Assembly (NCBI GenBank): GCA_039812705.1
Contig: JBDIBA010000002.1
Span: 988 to 64,987 of the forward strand
Source: Acidimicrobiia bacterium
GTDB lineage: Bacteria; Actinomycetota; Acidimicrobiia; Acidimicrobiales; JBBSGY01
Direction: 5' to 3'
Length of the DNA stretch: 64,000 bases
Part shown: positions 9,338-23,064 of the stretch, one piece after another
Layout of the letters: each line of letters opens with the position of its first letter
Numbering within the stretch: the first letter of the stretch is position 1
Program-made: the position numbers and the translations under genes
The notes under the pieces: generated by a model
What the model was told of the DNA's origin: nothing
The model's database searches: none
Seen by the model: the letters and a program-made list of their open reading frames with translations, nothing else

Positions 9338-10195
9338 TTAGCTTTCGGCAATCTGAATCGAATTAACCACGACAGGCTTGGAAGGTGCCCCTTCGGTGGG
9401 TTCCGAGGGGTTTGACGCAGCGTGTAGCCCGAGGATCTTGTGAAGAACGTCGGCACCCTCAGTGGTCTTTCCGACCTTTAGGTAGGTTCCCTGGGAATCG
9501 AGTTGGCTGACATTGGGTCCAGCTCCGAAGAACCACTGCGCGCCGCTGGAGTCGGGCTGGCCGGTGTTCGCCATCACGAGATCGCCGTCCTGGTAGGTCG
9601 CCTTGGGGCCTTCATCTTTGATTGTGTAGCCAGGTCCGCGGTCGGCGTTGGTCTGAGTGCCCGGTGCGCCACCCTGAATGATGTCGATTCCGGTGTTGGT
9701 CCGAACGATTGCACTGCCGTTGTAGTACTTGTATCGCGAAAGGACGACAAAGTTGTTCACTGTCTGTGGCATTCCCTTCGCGTCGAGCGCAACGACAATC
9801 TTGCCCTCGGACGTGTCAAGAGTCGCCGTGTAGTTCTTGTTGGGGTCAATGCACATTGGCGGCGCCGCAGCGAACTGAGATGTTCGAGGTGCAGAGCCAT
9901 CGGCGGGCGGGCAGGGGGTCGGGTTTGGAGCGGTTGCGCCGGCGGGAACAGGAGGCACGCTTGGAGGAGTGGCCCCGCTTGCCGATTCGTTGTCTTGTGT
10001 GTCGCTGTTTGGCTTATCTGTGAGTGCAAAAGCCCCGAACGTGGCGCCAAGCAGTGCAAGCACAATGACAACAACGAGGCCTGCTTTTAGCTGGCGCTTG
10101 CGTCGTGCACGTGCAAGACGAATCGCCTTTGCTTCAGCCGCGCGCTGCTTGCGTGCTTGATGAGAGGAAGGCTTCACGAAAACTCCTTGGTCCAA
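9338..10195 (-). CDS. membrane-anchored cyclophilin-type peptidyl-prolyl cis-trans isomerase
   Basis: 285 aa with a basic N-terminus and one TM segment. The cyclophilin core reads GKIVVALDAKGMPQTVNNFVVLSRYKYYNG...IIQGG...GDLVMANTGQPDSSGAQWFF. Confidence 0.85.
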   Translation of the reverse strand: MDQGVFVKPSSHQARKQRAAEAKAIRLARARRKRQLKAGLVVVIVLALLGATFGAFALTDKPNSDTQDNESASGATPPSVPPVPAGATAPNPTPCPPADGSAPRTSQFAAAPPMCIDPNKNYTATLDTSEGKIVVALDAKGMPQTVNNFVVLSRYKYYNGSAIVRTNTGIDIIQGGAPGTQTNADRGPGYTIKDEGPKATYQDGDLVMANTGQPDSSGAQWFFGAGPNVSQLDSQGTYLKVGKTTEGADVLHKILGLHAASNPSEPTEGAPSKPVVVNSIQIAES

Positions 10196-10274
10196 GTTGG
10201 CTGCAACGGTAGTTCGTGACGCTTGCCTGCGTTCGGTCGCACGCGACTAGGCGCGGTTTGGCTACCGTCTAGAG

Positions 10275-11486
10275 GTGGCGTTAGTGGTGCAAAAGTTCGG
10301 CGGAACCTCGGTTGGAGACACTGATCGCATTCGTGCTGTTGCTGAACACGTTGCCGTAACGCGGCGCCAGGGCAACGACGTTGTTGTTGTGGTCAGCGCA
10401 ATGGGCAAGACCACAGATGATCTGATTCGCCAGGCAAGAGACGTTTCGAGCGTCCTGCCCGGTCGCGAGATGGACATGTTGTTGACCTCTGGCGAACGCA
10501 TTTCCATGGCCCTTGTTTGTATGGCGCTTGCGCAGCTCGGCATTCCATCGGGCTCTTACACAGGCAGCCAGGCCGGCATCATCACCGACACCAGTCACGG
10601 CCGCGCCAAGATCGTCGAGATCAAACCCGACCGCATTCGCGAAGCGCTCGACAGAAAAGAAGTCCCCGTGGTCGCGGGCTTTCAGGGTGTTTCAATAGCT
10701 CGAGACATAACAACGCTTGGTCGAGGCGGTTCCGACACGACAGCGGTTGCACTTGCCGCGGCACTCAAAGCCGATGCGTGCGAGATCTATACCGACGTAA
10801 CCGGCGTCTTTTCTGCAGACCCGCGCATTGTCCCCAATGCTCGCAAGCTAGGTGAGGTCTCGTTCGAGGAAATGCTCGACATTTCAGCGACGGGCGGACG
10901 CGTGTTGGCGTTGAGGTCGGTGGAGTTCGCGCGGCGTTACCAGGTCCCCATTCACGTGCGGTCCAGTTTTTCGTGGGAGTCCGGCACGTGGATCAGAGAG
11001 GAAACAGAAATGGAAGAGTCGATAGTCACGGCAGTCACTCATGACATGTCGGAATCAAAGGTCACAATTGCTGGACTGCCCGACCAGCCCGGAGTCGCTG
11101 CAAAGTTGTTCCGCGAGATTGCAGGCAGCGGAGCAAACATCGACATGATTGTGCAGAACGTGTCCGACGCCGGTTCAACAGACATCTCATTCACGGTTCC
11201 ACGTGAAGACCTTGACGCCAGCTTGGCTTCGGCAGAACTTGCAGGTCGTCAACTAGGGGCGAGTGACATTTCTGCAGACTCCGGAGTCGCGCGCGTTTCA
11301 GTAATTGGTGCGGGCATGAAGTCCAGCGCCGGTGTTGCTGCGTTGATGTTTGAAACGCTCGCAGCCAACAACGTCAACATCGAAATGATCTCAACGTCGT
11401 CCATCCGCATTTCGTGTGTCATTCGCGACGAACAGGTTGAACAAGCCGTGCAGTCTCTGCACTCAGCTTTTGGTTTAGATGCCTAA
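10275..11486 (+). CDS. ask: aspartate kinase
   Basis: 403 aa with a GTG start. Contains [29 protein letters not shown] and [18 protein letters not shown], with C-terminal ACT-like repeats. Confidence 0.95.
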   Translation: MALVVQKFGGTSVGDTDRIRAVAEHVAVTRRQGNDVVVVVSAMGKTTDDLIRQARDVSSVLPGREMDMLLTSGERISMALVCMALAQLGIPSGSYTGSQAGIITDTSHGRAKIVEIKPDRIREALDRKEVPVVAGFQGVSIARDITTLGRGGSDTTAVALAAALKADACEIYTDVTGVFSADPRIVPNARKLGEVSFEEMLDISATGGRVLALRSVEFARRYQVPIHVRSSFSWESGTWIREETEMEESIVTAVTHDMSESKVTIAGLPDQPGVAAKLFREIAGSGANIDMIVQNVSDAGSTDISFTVPREDLDASLASAELAGRQLGASDISADSGVARVSVIGAGMKSSAGVAALMFETLAANNVNIEMISTSSIRISCVIRDEQVEQAVQSLHSAFGLDA

Positions 11487-13257
11487 CAGTTTCGACGACG
11501 AAGAAGAGGAAGTGCCGCTGCGGCGTAACGGTCTTCGCACGCGGCGTCCTTGGTTGCGTTGGGTGTTCATTGGGTTTCTTGTCTGGTTGATTGCAGCAGC
11601 AATTCTGTTGATTAGTGGTTACTCAGACGCTCGTGCTGCTCAACGCCACGTCAGTTCGCTGCAAGGCGAGGCAACAACCGACGCTGTGCGCAACGGCGAG
11701 GTCGATGCCGAGCTTGCAACCACGGCTCGAACCATTCGCAGCGCGCACAACAAGTTCGCCAACCCCGTCCTCTATCCCGTTCGCGTCATTCCATTTGTTG
11801 GACGCCAGCTGCGCTCGGCAATCGCTGTAACTGGTGTTGCTGCCGATGTAGCCGAAACCGGAGTCGATGCATTCGGCGAACTGCATGAAGTAGAGGACAA
11901 GCTCAAGACGGACCGCGCTGGCGGCTTGCGTGACTTGGCCGAGATTGCGCGACGCGCCAGCGAGAAACTGGACTCCGCCGATTTGGGTCCCGACACTGCC
12001 TTGCTTGGCCCGCTTGCCAAAGCCCGCAATGAAACGGCCCAACAGTTACTCACGGTCCGATCCTCTCTGAAGCAAGGCGGTTCGGGTGCCGAATCCCTCG
12101 CTGACCTGCTCGAGAAGAACCAGAAGTACCTGTTGTTAGTGGCCAACAACGGTGAAATGCGCGCTGGCTCTGGGATGTTCTTGAGCACCGGTGTTGTGCA
12201 GGGCCAAAACGGGCGCCTCTCGTTGTCAGAGTTGAGAACGAACCGATTTGATGCCCGGTCAGACTCCTTGGTTGAATGGCCAAAGGATTTGCAAGACCGC
12301 TGGGGTTGGATGGGGCGCCAGGGCGACTACCGCAACTTGATGTTGTCACCGCGGTTCGACGTGGCCGCACCCCTTGCCAATGAGATTTGGCGCAAGCGTG
12401 GCGGTGAGCAAGTCGACGGTGTCATCGCGGTTGACCCTGTTTTCTTTCGTTCGGTTCTTCGTGCAACGGGGCCCATCACTGTTGACGGTGAAAGCCTCAG
12501 CGCCGACAACGTGTTGACCAAGCTGATGGTTGACCAGTACCGCGACATCGATCTCACGAAGTCAACCGTCAATGCTCAACTTGAGCGACGCGAAAGTCTG
12601 GCCGGCATTGCGCAGGGCGCATTCGCTGCGCTCGACGCCGGACGGTGGGACCCCGCGACCATGGCGCGCGAAATGTCGGCCGCGGCAAATGGTCGCCATC
12701 TAATGGTGTGGGCATCCGGCGAGCAGCAGAACAAGTTGTGGGTCGACGCAGGTTTGTCTGGCGACCTCAGCTCGGACTCTTTGATGGTTTCCAGCTCCAA
12801 CGTGGGTGCCAACAAGATGGACCAGTTCATGAAGATCAGCGCGAATCTCGACTCTCGCGTGGGCCAGTCGGGCCAGGACATTGCCCTGGCGGTCACCATC
12901 AAGAACGACATGCCCGAGGGTCTGCCGGGTTACGTGACCGGTCCAACGCCTAATCTGAACCTGACCAAAGGCGAGTATTCGGGGTTCCTCACCGTTAATA
13001 CACCTGCCGATTCCAAAGATTTACGGATTGATGGAAAGCCACCCCTGGTGGCCCTCGGTCCAGATGGTCCTACTCAAACGATTGCCACGGCCGTCCGTAT
13101 CAAACCGGGTGAGACCAGGACTTTCGTGATCAAGTTCACCAGGTCATCGAAGGCTCAAAAAACCATTGTCGAGCCGAGCGGCCGCTGGCCGGCAACGTCG
13201 TGGACCAGCGGATCTTCCAACTGGGTTGACGACACTGCGCACTTAGTGCAACACTAA
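11479..13257 (+). CDS. DUF4012-like membrane-anchored protein
   Basis: 592 aa with an N-terminal TM segment ([19 protein letters not shown]). The block [21 protein letters not shown] resembles the DUF4012 signature. The ATG overlaps the ask stop by 8 nt. Confidence 0.65.
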   Translation: MPNSFDDEEEEVPLRRNGLRTRRPWLRWVFIGFLVWLIAAAILLISGYSDARAAQRHVSSLQGEATTDAVRNGEVDAELATTARTIRSAHNKFANPVLYPVRVIPFVGRQLRSAIAVTGVAADVAETGVDAFGELHEVEDKLKTDRAGGLRDLAEIARRASEKLDSADLGPDTALLGPLAKARNETAQQLLTVRSSLKQGGSGAESLADLLEKNQKYLLLVANNGEMRAGSGMFLSTGVVQGQNGRLSLSELRTNRFDARSDSLVEWPKDLQDRWGWMGRQGDYRNLMLSPRFDVAAPLANEIWRKRGGEQVDGVIAVDPVFFRSVLRATGPITVDGESLSADNVLTKLMVDQYRDIDLTKSTVNAQLERRESLAGIAQGAFAALDAGRWDPATMAREMSAAANGRHLMVWASGEQQNKLWVDAGLSGDLSSDSLMVSSSNVGANKMDQFMKISANLDSRVGQSGQDIALAVTIKNDMPEGLPGYVTGPTPNLNLTKGEYSGFLTVNTPADSKDLRIDGKPPLVALGPDGPTQTIATAVRIKPGETRTFVIKFTRSSKAQKTIVEPSGRWPATSWTSGSSNWVDDTAHLVQH

Positions 13258-13390
13258 CCGCGTTCGTTCAAGGAACGGCACCGCACTGTCCAATCTGCAG
13301 TTCTCTCAGAAGTGACATTCCCGCTAAGGAATGTGCTTGTCTGAGCGAAAAGGTTGAGTAGTGTTTTGTCGACCTTAAACTGGAGGCGTT

Positions 13391-13756
13391 ATGAACTTGT
13401 CCGTGAATCGTTTGAAGCTGGTAGCAGTTGCCGCTGTTTTCGGGGCGAGCCTTGCAGTTCCCTCGATGGCCTCCGCTCAGGTTTCAACTGCTAGCGATGC
13501 CCCTGCTGTTGAGCAGACCGTCGTAAGCACCACGACAACCGCAGCCCCAGGTGTTGCTGCTACTCAAGTCCCAGCTGGTGTTGCTGCAGAAAACGCAGCG
13601 GTTGCCGACAACACAGCAGTTGCTGCTGACAACGCCGGTGTTGCTGGCTTGGCAGTTACCGGTGGAGACATCGCCGCTCTTAGCCTTGTCGCACTTGCGT
13701 CAGTGGGCATCGGAGCCGGCCTCCTCGTGGCTCGTCGTCAAGTACGCAACGCTTAG
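13391..13756 (+). CDS. small secreted Ala/Val/Thr-rich protein with an LAxTG-type cell-wall sorting signal
   Basis: 121 aa. It has a signal peptide ending in SMASAQV, LAVTG at residues 87-91 (nt 13649-13663), a hydrophobic stretch and then the basic tail ARRQVRNA. An SD-like ctggagg lies upstream. Confidence 0.65.
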   Translation: MNLSVNRLKLVAVAAVFGASLAVPSMASAQVSTASDAPAVEQTVVSTTTTAAPGVAATQVPAGVAAENAAVADNTAVAADNAGVAGLAVTGGDIAALSLVALASVGIGAGLLVARRQVRNA

Positions 13757-13774
13757 TCACAAGATCTGACAAAC

Positions 13775-13816
13775 AAAAAACCCGGCCTCGCCAGCGCGAG
13801 GGCCGGGTTTTTTGTT
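13775..13816. terminator. intrinsic terminator hairpin, bidirectional layout
   Basis: The sequence is aaaaaa-cccggcctcg-ccagcg-cgagggccggg-tttttt, a GC stem flanked by an A-run and a T-run. It lies between convergent genes ending at 13756 (+) and 13844 (-). Confidence 0.75.
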
Positions 13817-13843
13817 GTCCCGGTTTTGGTCGGTCCGAATGGC

Positions 13844-14794
13844 TTACGTGTGGGGGATTTGGCCAAAGCTGCCCCGCTGAAAGTCCTCCATTGCTTGAAC
13901 CAGCTCGGCTCGGGTATTCATGACGAACGGGCCGTAGTGGGCGACCGGCTCGTTGATTGGCAGGCCACCAAGCAGTAGCAAGTCAAGAGTCTTGTCGCGG
14001 CTTTCTTGCAGGCGGTCTGCCGAGAAAGTCATTGAGTGTCCGGGCCCGTGGACGACAAGTTGGCCTGTTGAGATCGCTGCCGCTTCGGCTCCGGCGGTTC
14101 CTCGGCCGTTGAGCACGTAAGCCAGCGCGTTGAAGTCACTGTTCCAGGCTAGGTTCAAGCGCGAACCGGGAAGCATCGTGACGTGGGTCAGGGTTATCGG
14201 CGTCTGGGTTGAACCTGGGCCCTTGATGTCTCCGACCGCGCCGGCGATTACGCGGATGATGGCGTCGCCACTGGAGTTCGTAGCCAGTTGGACCATCGCG
14301 GGCTCAAGGTTTTGGTACGCAGGTGTCAGAAACTTCTTGCTGGCGGGCAGGTTCACCCAAAGCTGGATGCCGTGGAACAGCCCGCCGCTCATGACCAGGT
14401 CTTCGGGTGGGGCCTCAATGTGGAGGATTCCCGCGCCGGCGGTCATCCACTGCGTTCCGCCGTTGCTGATCAACCCGCCTCCGCCGTGGCTGTCCTGGTG
14501 CTCGAAAGTCCCGTCAATCAGATAGGTGACTGTCTCGAAGCCTCGGTGGGGGTGCCAAGGGGTGCCCTTTGGTTCGCCGGGCGCGTACTCGACTTCACCC
14601 ATCTGGTCCATGTGGATGAACGGGTCAAGGTCCCGCACGCTGATGCCCGCAAAGGCTCGCCGAACCGGGAAACCTTCACCCTCGAAACCGCTCGGCGCGG
14701 TGGTGACTGACTTGATCGATCGCAGCGTCGATTCTGGGGATGGTTCGCTCAGGCGCGGGACGGTAGTTAGATCTTGGACGGTTACTGCAGGCAC
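13844..14794 (-). CDS. pirin family protein
   Basis: 316 aa. Contains PHRGFETVTYLIDGTFEHQDSHGGGG and QWMTAGAGILHIE (bicupin pirin motifs). Confidence 0.9.
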   Translation of the reverse strand: MPAVTVQDLTTVPRLSEPSPESTLRSIKSVTTAPSGFEGEGFPVRRAFAGISVRDLDPFIHMDQMGEVEYAPGEPKGTPWHPHRGFETVTYLIDGTFEHQDSHGGGGLISNGGTQWMTAGAGILHIEAPPEDLVMSGGLFHGIQLWVNLPASKKFLTPAYQNLEPAMVQLATNSSGDAIIRVIAGAVGDIKGPGSTQTPITLTHVTMLPGSRLNLAWNSDFNALAYVLNGRGTAGAEAAAISTGQLVVHGPGHSMTFSADRLQESRDKTLDLLLLGGLPINEPVAHYGPFVMNTRAELVQAMEDFQRGSFGQIPHT

Positions 14795-14869
14795 GGAACT
14801 ACACCTCGATTTGTTGGATTACTTGGTGTAACCGCCGTCTATTCCCATGGCCGTCGATGGCCGCCTTGG

Positions 14870-15898
14870 CTAGGACGGGCTGTTGAAATAGAAGCGCTTG
14901 ATGAGAGTGCGTGCGGTCGACATTGGCCCAAAAGCCACGCCAAGGATCCAGGCAATGCGCTTGGCCTTGTGCGCGAGGGTGTGGTGTGGGTGCGCCACGG
15001 CTGCACGAATTGCCGAAAATGCCAGGGGAGTGCGGCGATCGGTCGAAATTGGGTGTTTCGCAGGCTCTAGACGCAGCGACGCCAGACGTTGGCAGCAAAA
15101 TGCGACATCGCGAGCCTCGCGGGCATCGGCTGGGCATTCAACATCCATCTGTTTGCAGACCCGCTTGACGTCCTCGTGGTTGGCCAGCGTGAGATTGATC
15201 TGGTCGCGGATGCGGTCGACGCGCAGCTCACTTCCTGTGTACATGTTGGAGCCATGGATGTGGTAAGCGCCGCCCGGTTCGCTAAGCGAAACAACCGATC
15301 CAAACAGCGGTGTCGTGTCGGAGTAGTAGCGGTCTATTGCGCGTGCGTAAGTGTCGGGAATTGGATGCAGCTGCTTGAGCACGCTGGTCTTATGCGCGTT
15401 TCCACTGGTCGGCGGCCAGGCGTGTGTGCGATAGCGAATGATGTGATCGCGAAGGTCGCCGCTGACAAGGATTGAGGGTTTGGGATTGAGCGCGCCTGTT
15501 GGTTTGCCGTCTCGGTCAACAACGCGCAACGGCCATTGGACTCTTGCGATGTCGTTGTACTGCTTGAACAGATGCATCACGCGAGCGCCAGTGTCCGTGT
15601 CGATGGTGTCATCTGCGTCGAGGATGATTGTGACATCACCGTTCACGCGTTCTACGCCGGCATTGACAGCGCTGTGTTGGCCGCCGTTTTCCTTGAAAAC
15701 GCTGGTGATTTGGTCCCCGTAGCTTTCAATGATTTCGCGAGAGTTATCGGTGGAGCCGTCGTCGACGACGATTACCTCAACGTTCTCCCATGACTGTTGA
15801 AGTGCAGAATCGATTGCACTTTTCAAGAACCGGGCGTAATTGAAGTTGTCGATGACGATGCTTAGAAGGCGCGGATCGTGCGCGGTCGAATTGGTCAT
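14870..15898 (-). CDS. family 2 glycosyltransferase
   Basis: 342 aa. Contains LSIVIDNFNYARFLKSAIDSALQQSWENVEVIVVDDGSTDNS and ILDADD (DxD). Confidence 0.85.
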   Translation of the reverse strand: MTNSTAHDPRLLSIVIDNFNYARFLKSAIDSALQQSWENVEVIVVDDGSTDNSREIIESYGDQITSVFKENGGQHSAVNAGVERVNGDVTIILDADDTIDTDTGARVMHLFKQYNDIARVQWPLRVVDRDGKPTGALNPKPSILVSGDLRDHIIRYRTHAWPPTSGNAHKTSVLKQLHPIPDTYARAIDRYYSDTTPLFGSVVSLSEPGGAYHIHGSNMYTGSELRVDRIRDQINLTLANHEDVKRVCKQMDVECPADAREARDVAFCCQRLASLRLEPAKHPISTDRRTPLAFSAIRAAVAHPHHTLAHKAKRIAWILGVAFGPMSTARTLIKRFYFNSPS

Positions 15899-16821
15899 TG
15901 CTGTTTTTCAATTAGTCCCTGAGCAACCGCGCATCGTCGCAGCGCCTTGGCCACGCGGATCGAAAGCCCGTTGTTCGTTTCGATGATTGGCTTGGCAGCC
16001 AGTTGGGCAAGTTTTACAAGTGTTTTGTTGCCAATGATGCGTTCAACCGACGACGGTAGTTGCCCGGCTTCTGCGCACGCGTGTCCTCTGTTGATGGCGT
16101 CTTTGACGAAACCTTCTGTGCTTCGGCCGTGCATGTGGGCAGCGCGCGCCGTCTTGTCGAACACGGCTTCGAACCCGGCATCCTTAGCGAGTCGGCCCAG
16201 TTGTTGGTCTTCGTGAAAGGACAAGTCACTGGAGAGTTGCTCGCTGAACCGGATGAGTGGTTCCTTGGCCAGGGAGACGTTTCCGCCCCATAACTTGTTG
16301 AGGATGGCTGACGATGTTGTGTACTCGGCGACCGCACCTTCGTACTCCGTTGCATAAATGCGCGAGATGGCCGGGGTCGACGAATTGGTTTCGACCGGCA
16401 TGTAGCCAATGACCAACAGCTGGGGATGGGAAGAATTGTTGTGTTGGGCCAGGTGGGCCTTGACCAGGCCGGGCTTGGCAACGACGTCATCGTCCAAGAG
16501 GATCACGATGTCGGTTGTCATCTGCTTGATGCCGGTCAGCCTGGCATCGGTTCGTCCGGTGTTCTGAACCTGGGTCACAAGGGTGAAACGAGGGTCGTCT
16601 ATCGCACCCAGGACTTTTATCGTGTCATCTGAAGACCCGTCGTCGACGACGATTAGCTGACTCAATTCAGGGTCTTGCAGCAGGGCCACAGCTGCTTGCT
16701 TGGCGAGATCGGCCCGGTTGTACGTGGCGAAAACCGCCCCGATGCTCTTGTTGTGTGGCGGAAATGTGTCACGGATAGGCACTTCGCTACATTGTAGGAA
16801 ATGTTGATGCCTAGACCGCAC
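15895..16821 (-). CDS. family 2 glycosyltransferase
   Basis: 308 aa. Contains GAVFATYNRADLAKQAAVALL...LIVVDDGSSDDT and ILLDDDV. There is a 4-nt overlap with the downstream GT2. The start is uncertain because it overlaps the divergent gene. Confidence 0.8.
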   Translation of the reverse strand: MRSRHQHFLQCSEVPIRDTFPPHNKSIGAVFATYNRADLAKQAAVALLQDPELSQLIVVDDGSSDDTIKVLGAIDDPRFTLVTQVQNTGRTDARLTGIKQMTTDIVILLDDDVVAKPGLVKAHLAQHNNSSHPQLLVIGYMPVETNSSTPAISRIYATEYEGAVAEYTTSSAILNKLWGGNVSLAKEPLIRFSEQLSSDLSFHEDQQLGRLAKDAGFEAVFDKTARAAHMHGRSTEGFVKDAINRGHACAEAGQLPSSVERIIGNKTLVKLAQLAAKPIIETNNGLSIRVAKALRRCAVAQGLIEKQQ

Positions 16822-17808
16822 TCAGTTCCGGTTGCCTTCTTGACTTGGACGGTGCGAGCCGGACGTGCCAAAGAGATGGCCGAGGTTTTTGACGGAAAAG
16901 CCGTAGTGGTTTACCCGCAGTGGGCTGCAGGTTTCACTCCGTTTCGCTACTTGGTCAGCCTTCCGCTGTCGATTGCTCGGCTTGCCTGGAATCGCCCGCA
17001 GGCCGTTATTGCTACGAATCCACCGGTCTTTTCCGCGTTGTCAGCGTGGATCTATTGCGCTGTTACCCGCAAGCCCTTTGTTATGGACGCACACCCAGTT
17101 GCTTTTGGGGCCAAGTCCAACGTGGCTGGACGATTGATGCTTCCGCTGACTCGGTTTTTGGCACGGCGCGCTCGGCTGACTGCTGTAACGACGCAATCCT
17201 GGGTTGACGAGGTGGAGAAGTGGGGTGCTCAGTCCAGCGAGCTGCATGAAGCGCCCACCGAGGAAGACCTGAAAGCACCTGAAGTTGATGTAACTGAGGA
17301 CACAGATCGGTCGCGACCGAAAATCTTTTACGTTGGAATCTTTGGCGGAGACGAGCCGATTGATGCCGTGATCTCGGCTGCCAGGGCGTGTCCCGATTAC
17401 GAGGTCATCATCACTGGTGACCTGGCCCGTGCGCCGGAGGGTGTTGTTGAAAGCGCACCAGACAACGTGACCTTTTGCGGCTACCTGAACTCCAGCGATT
17501 ATCGCACGGCCCTTGTTGGCTCGACGGTGGTGACGTCGTTTACGACTGAGCCGACATCGGTCATGCGCGCGGCGTATGAAGCCGTTTATGCCCACAAGCC
17601 CCTTGTCATCACGGACACTCCAGGTTCCGATGTGGTGTTTCCCCATGCCATTCGTGTGGCCAATGAGGCCGAAGCCATCGCGGCGGGTTGGCGCAGCGCC
17701 ATCGAACGGTTGGCTGAGCTGCGCAAGGTTGCTCCAGACGCCCGAGACTTGCAATTGTCTCGCTGGAATTTGCAGCGTGACAGGCTTCAATTGGCCTTGA
17801 AGCCCTAG
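16801..17808 (+). CDS. putative GT-B fold glycosyltransferase
   Basis: 335 aa. The C-terminal half (FYVGIFGGDEPIDAV...VIITGDLARAP...TFCGYLNSSDY...EPTSVMRAAYEAVYAHKPLVITD) resembles GT1/GT4 C-domains. The start is uncertain (alternative Met at 16876). Confidence 0.55.
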   Translation: MLMPRPHSVPVAFLTWTVRAGRAKEMAEVFDGKAVVVYPQWAAGFTPFRYLVSLPLSIARLAWNRPQAVIATNPPVFSALSAWIYCAVTRKPFVMDAHPVAFGAKSNVAGRLMLPLTRFLARRARLTAVTTQSWVDEVEKWGAQSSELHEAPTEEDLKAPEVDVTEDTDRSRPKIFYVGIFGGDEPIDAVISAARACPDYEVIITGDLARAPEGVVESAPDNVTFCGYLNSSDYRTALVGSTVVTSFTTEPTSVMRAAYEAVYAHKPLVITDTPGSDVVFPHAIRVANEAEAIAAGWRSAIERLAELRKVAPDARDLQLSRWNLQRDRLQLALKP

Positions 17809-17817
17809 AGTGGACTC

Positions 17818-18969
17818 ATGACTTTTGGAGGACTTCGCCTGGGATGGCTGCTTCGACGTTGGTGGGTAATGGTTGCCGCGGTTCTGGGCGTTGTGGCTAT
17901 TGCACTCATCGTTGCGAAGCCCGCACCAGTTACTTACACGGCTGAAGCTGTTTTGCTGGTGCGTTCAGGCGCGACCGAGTCTCAGCCGGGTAGCGCTAAC
18001 GAAGCCAACCGCCTTGCTGTCACTTACGCAGAGCTGGTTCCTCAGGACACCGAGGTCATCAACGCCGTTGGAGCTTCGCTCGGGGCTTCACGCACGGACG
18101 TTGTCGAGGGAATCACGGCCAAGAACGACGACAACACCTCGATTCTCCGAGTCCGCTACACGGCAAAGAGTTCACAGACCGCAATTGCAGGCGCGCGCGC
18201 AATCGCTGCGTCGATGGTGGGCGCCAACCCAATCGCCACGAACTTCCGCGGTGTTGCGCTTTCCAACTTGCCCGATCGCGCCACCAAGAACACGCCAAAT
18301 GACACAACCTTGCCAACGGCGATGTTGATTGGTTTGCTGCTTGGTGCACTCTTGATCATCGCTATTGAAAGAAGTCGTGGCCGCATCGATGCAGTTGAAG
18401 ACCTGGAACGGGAACTTCCATGTCCGGTATCGACACTTCAAGGTATGCAAGCCGGAACCATCTCGGCCTTGCTGAAGCGTTGGTCAACTGGCAACAACTG
18501 GCTGCCATACGCGTCGACCGTAGACATTCGAGATGATGACGCTGGCTACTCGTACGGAATGGACGACGACGGCGATGACGCTTCGTCAACCATTGCGCTT
18601 GTGACAGGTCGCAAGGGTCAGCGCTACTTGACCCAAGAAGTGGCAAGCGTGTTTGCCTCGACTGCTCGACTTGACGGCCAGCTCCAGCTTGATGGACCCG
18701 TGACTGTGAGGTCTGGTGGAGCGCCTGGAACCCCAGAAGTCGGCGAAAGAATTGTCGACGGCGCAGACATGACCGTGCTGGTCGTTGCCGAAGGCACGCC
18801 TGTCAGTGCGTTGCGTTCTGTGTTGACCACCCTTGTTGACTTTGGTGCAGCTCCTCGGTGGGCGCTGTTTGCTCCAGATGCTGTTGTTCGTCGTGCGTCA
18901 CGTCATCACGACAAGGGCATTGACGCTGAAGCCATCATCGACAAGTCGCAATCCGCTGTAGCGAACTAG
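17818..18969 (+). CDS. Wzz-like polysaccharide chain-length determinant with a degenerate kinase-like C-terminal domain
   Basis: 383 aa. TM1 (WWVMVAAVLGVVAIALIV) is followed by VTYTAEAVLLV, a periplasmic segment and TM2 (LPTAMLIGLLLGALLIIAI). A cytoplasmic domain then shows IALVTGRKGQRY where a Walker A would be expected. Confidence 0.55.
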   Translation: MTFGGLRLGWLLRRWWVMVAAVLGVVAIALIVAKPAPVTYTAEAVLLVRSGATESQPGSANEANRLAVTYAELVPQDTEVINAVGASLGASRTDVVEGITAKNDDNTSILRVRYTAKSSQTAIAGARAIAASMVGANPIATNFRGVALSNLPDRATKNTPNDTTLPTAMLIGLLLGALLIIAIERSRGRIDAVEDLERELPCPVSTLQGMQAGTISALLKRWSTGNNWLPYASTVDIRDDDAGYSYGMDDDGDDASSTIALVTGRKGQRYLTQEVASVFASTARLDGQLQLDGPVTVRSGGAPGTPEVGERIVDGADMTVLVVAEGTPVSALRSVLTTLVDFGAAPRWALFAPDAVVRRASRHHDKGIDAEAIIDKSQSAVAN

Positions 18970-18983
18970 AAGAGCCTGATTCC

Positions 18984-23024
<4,041 letters not shown>

Positions 23025-23064
23025 CGCGCGCTTTCGCCCTGTTTGCCGGTTGAATTGATTACGG

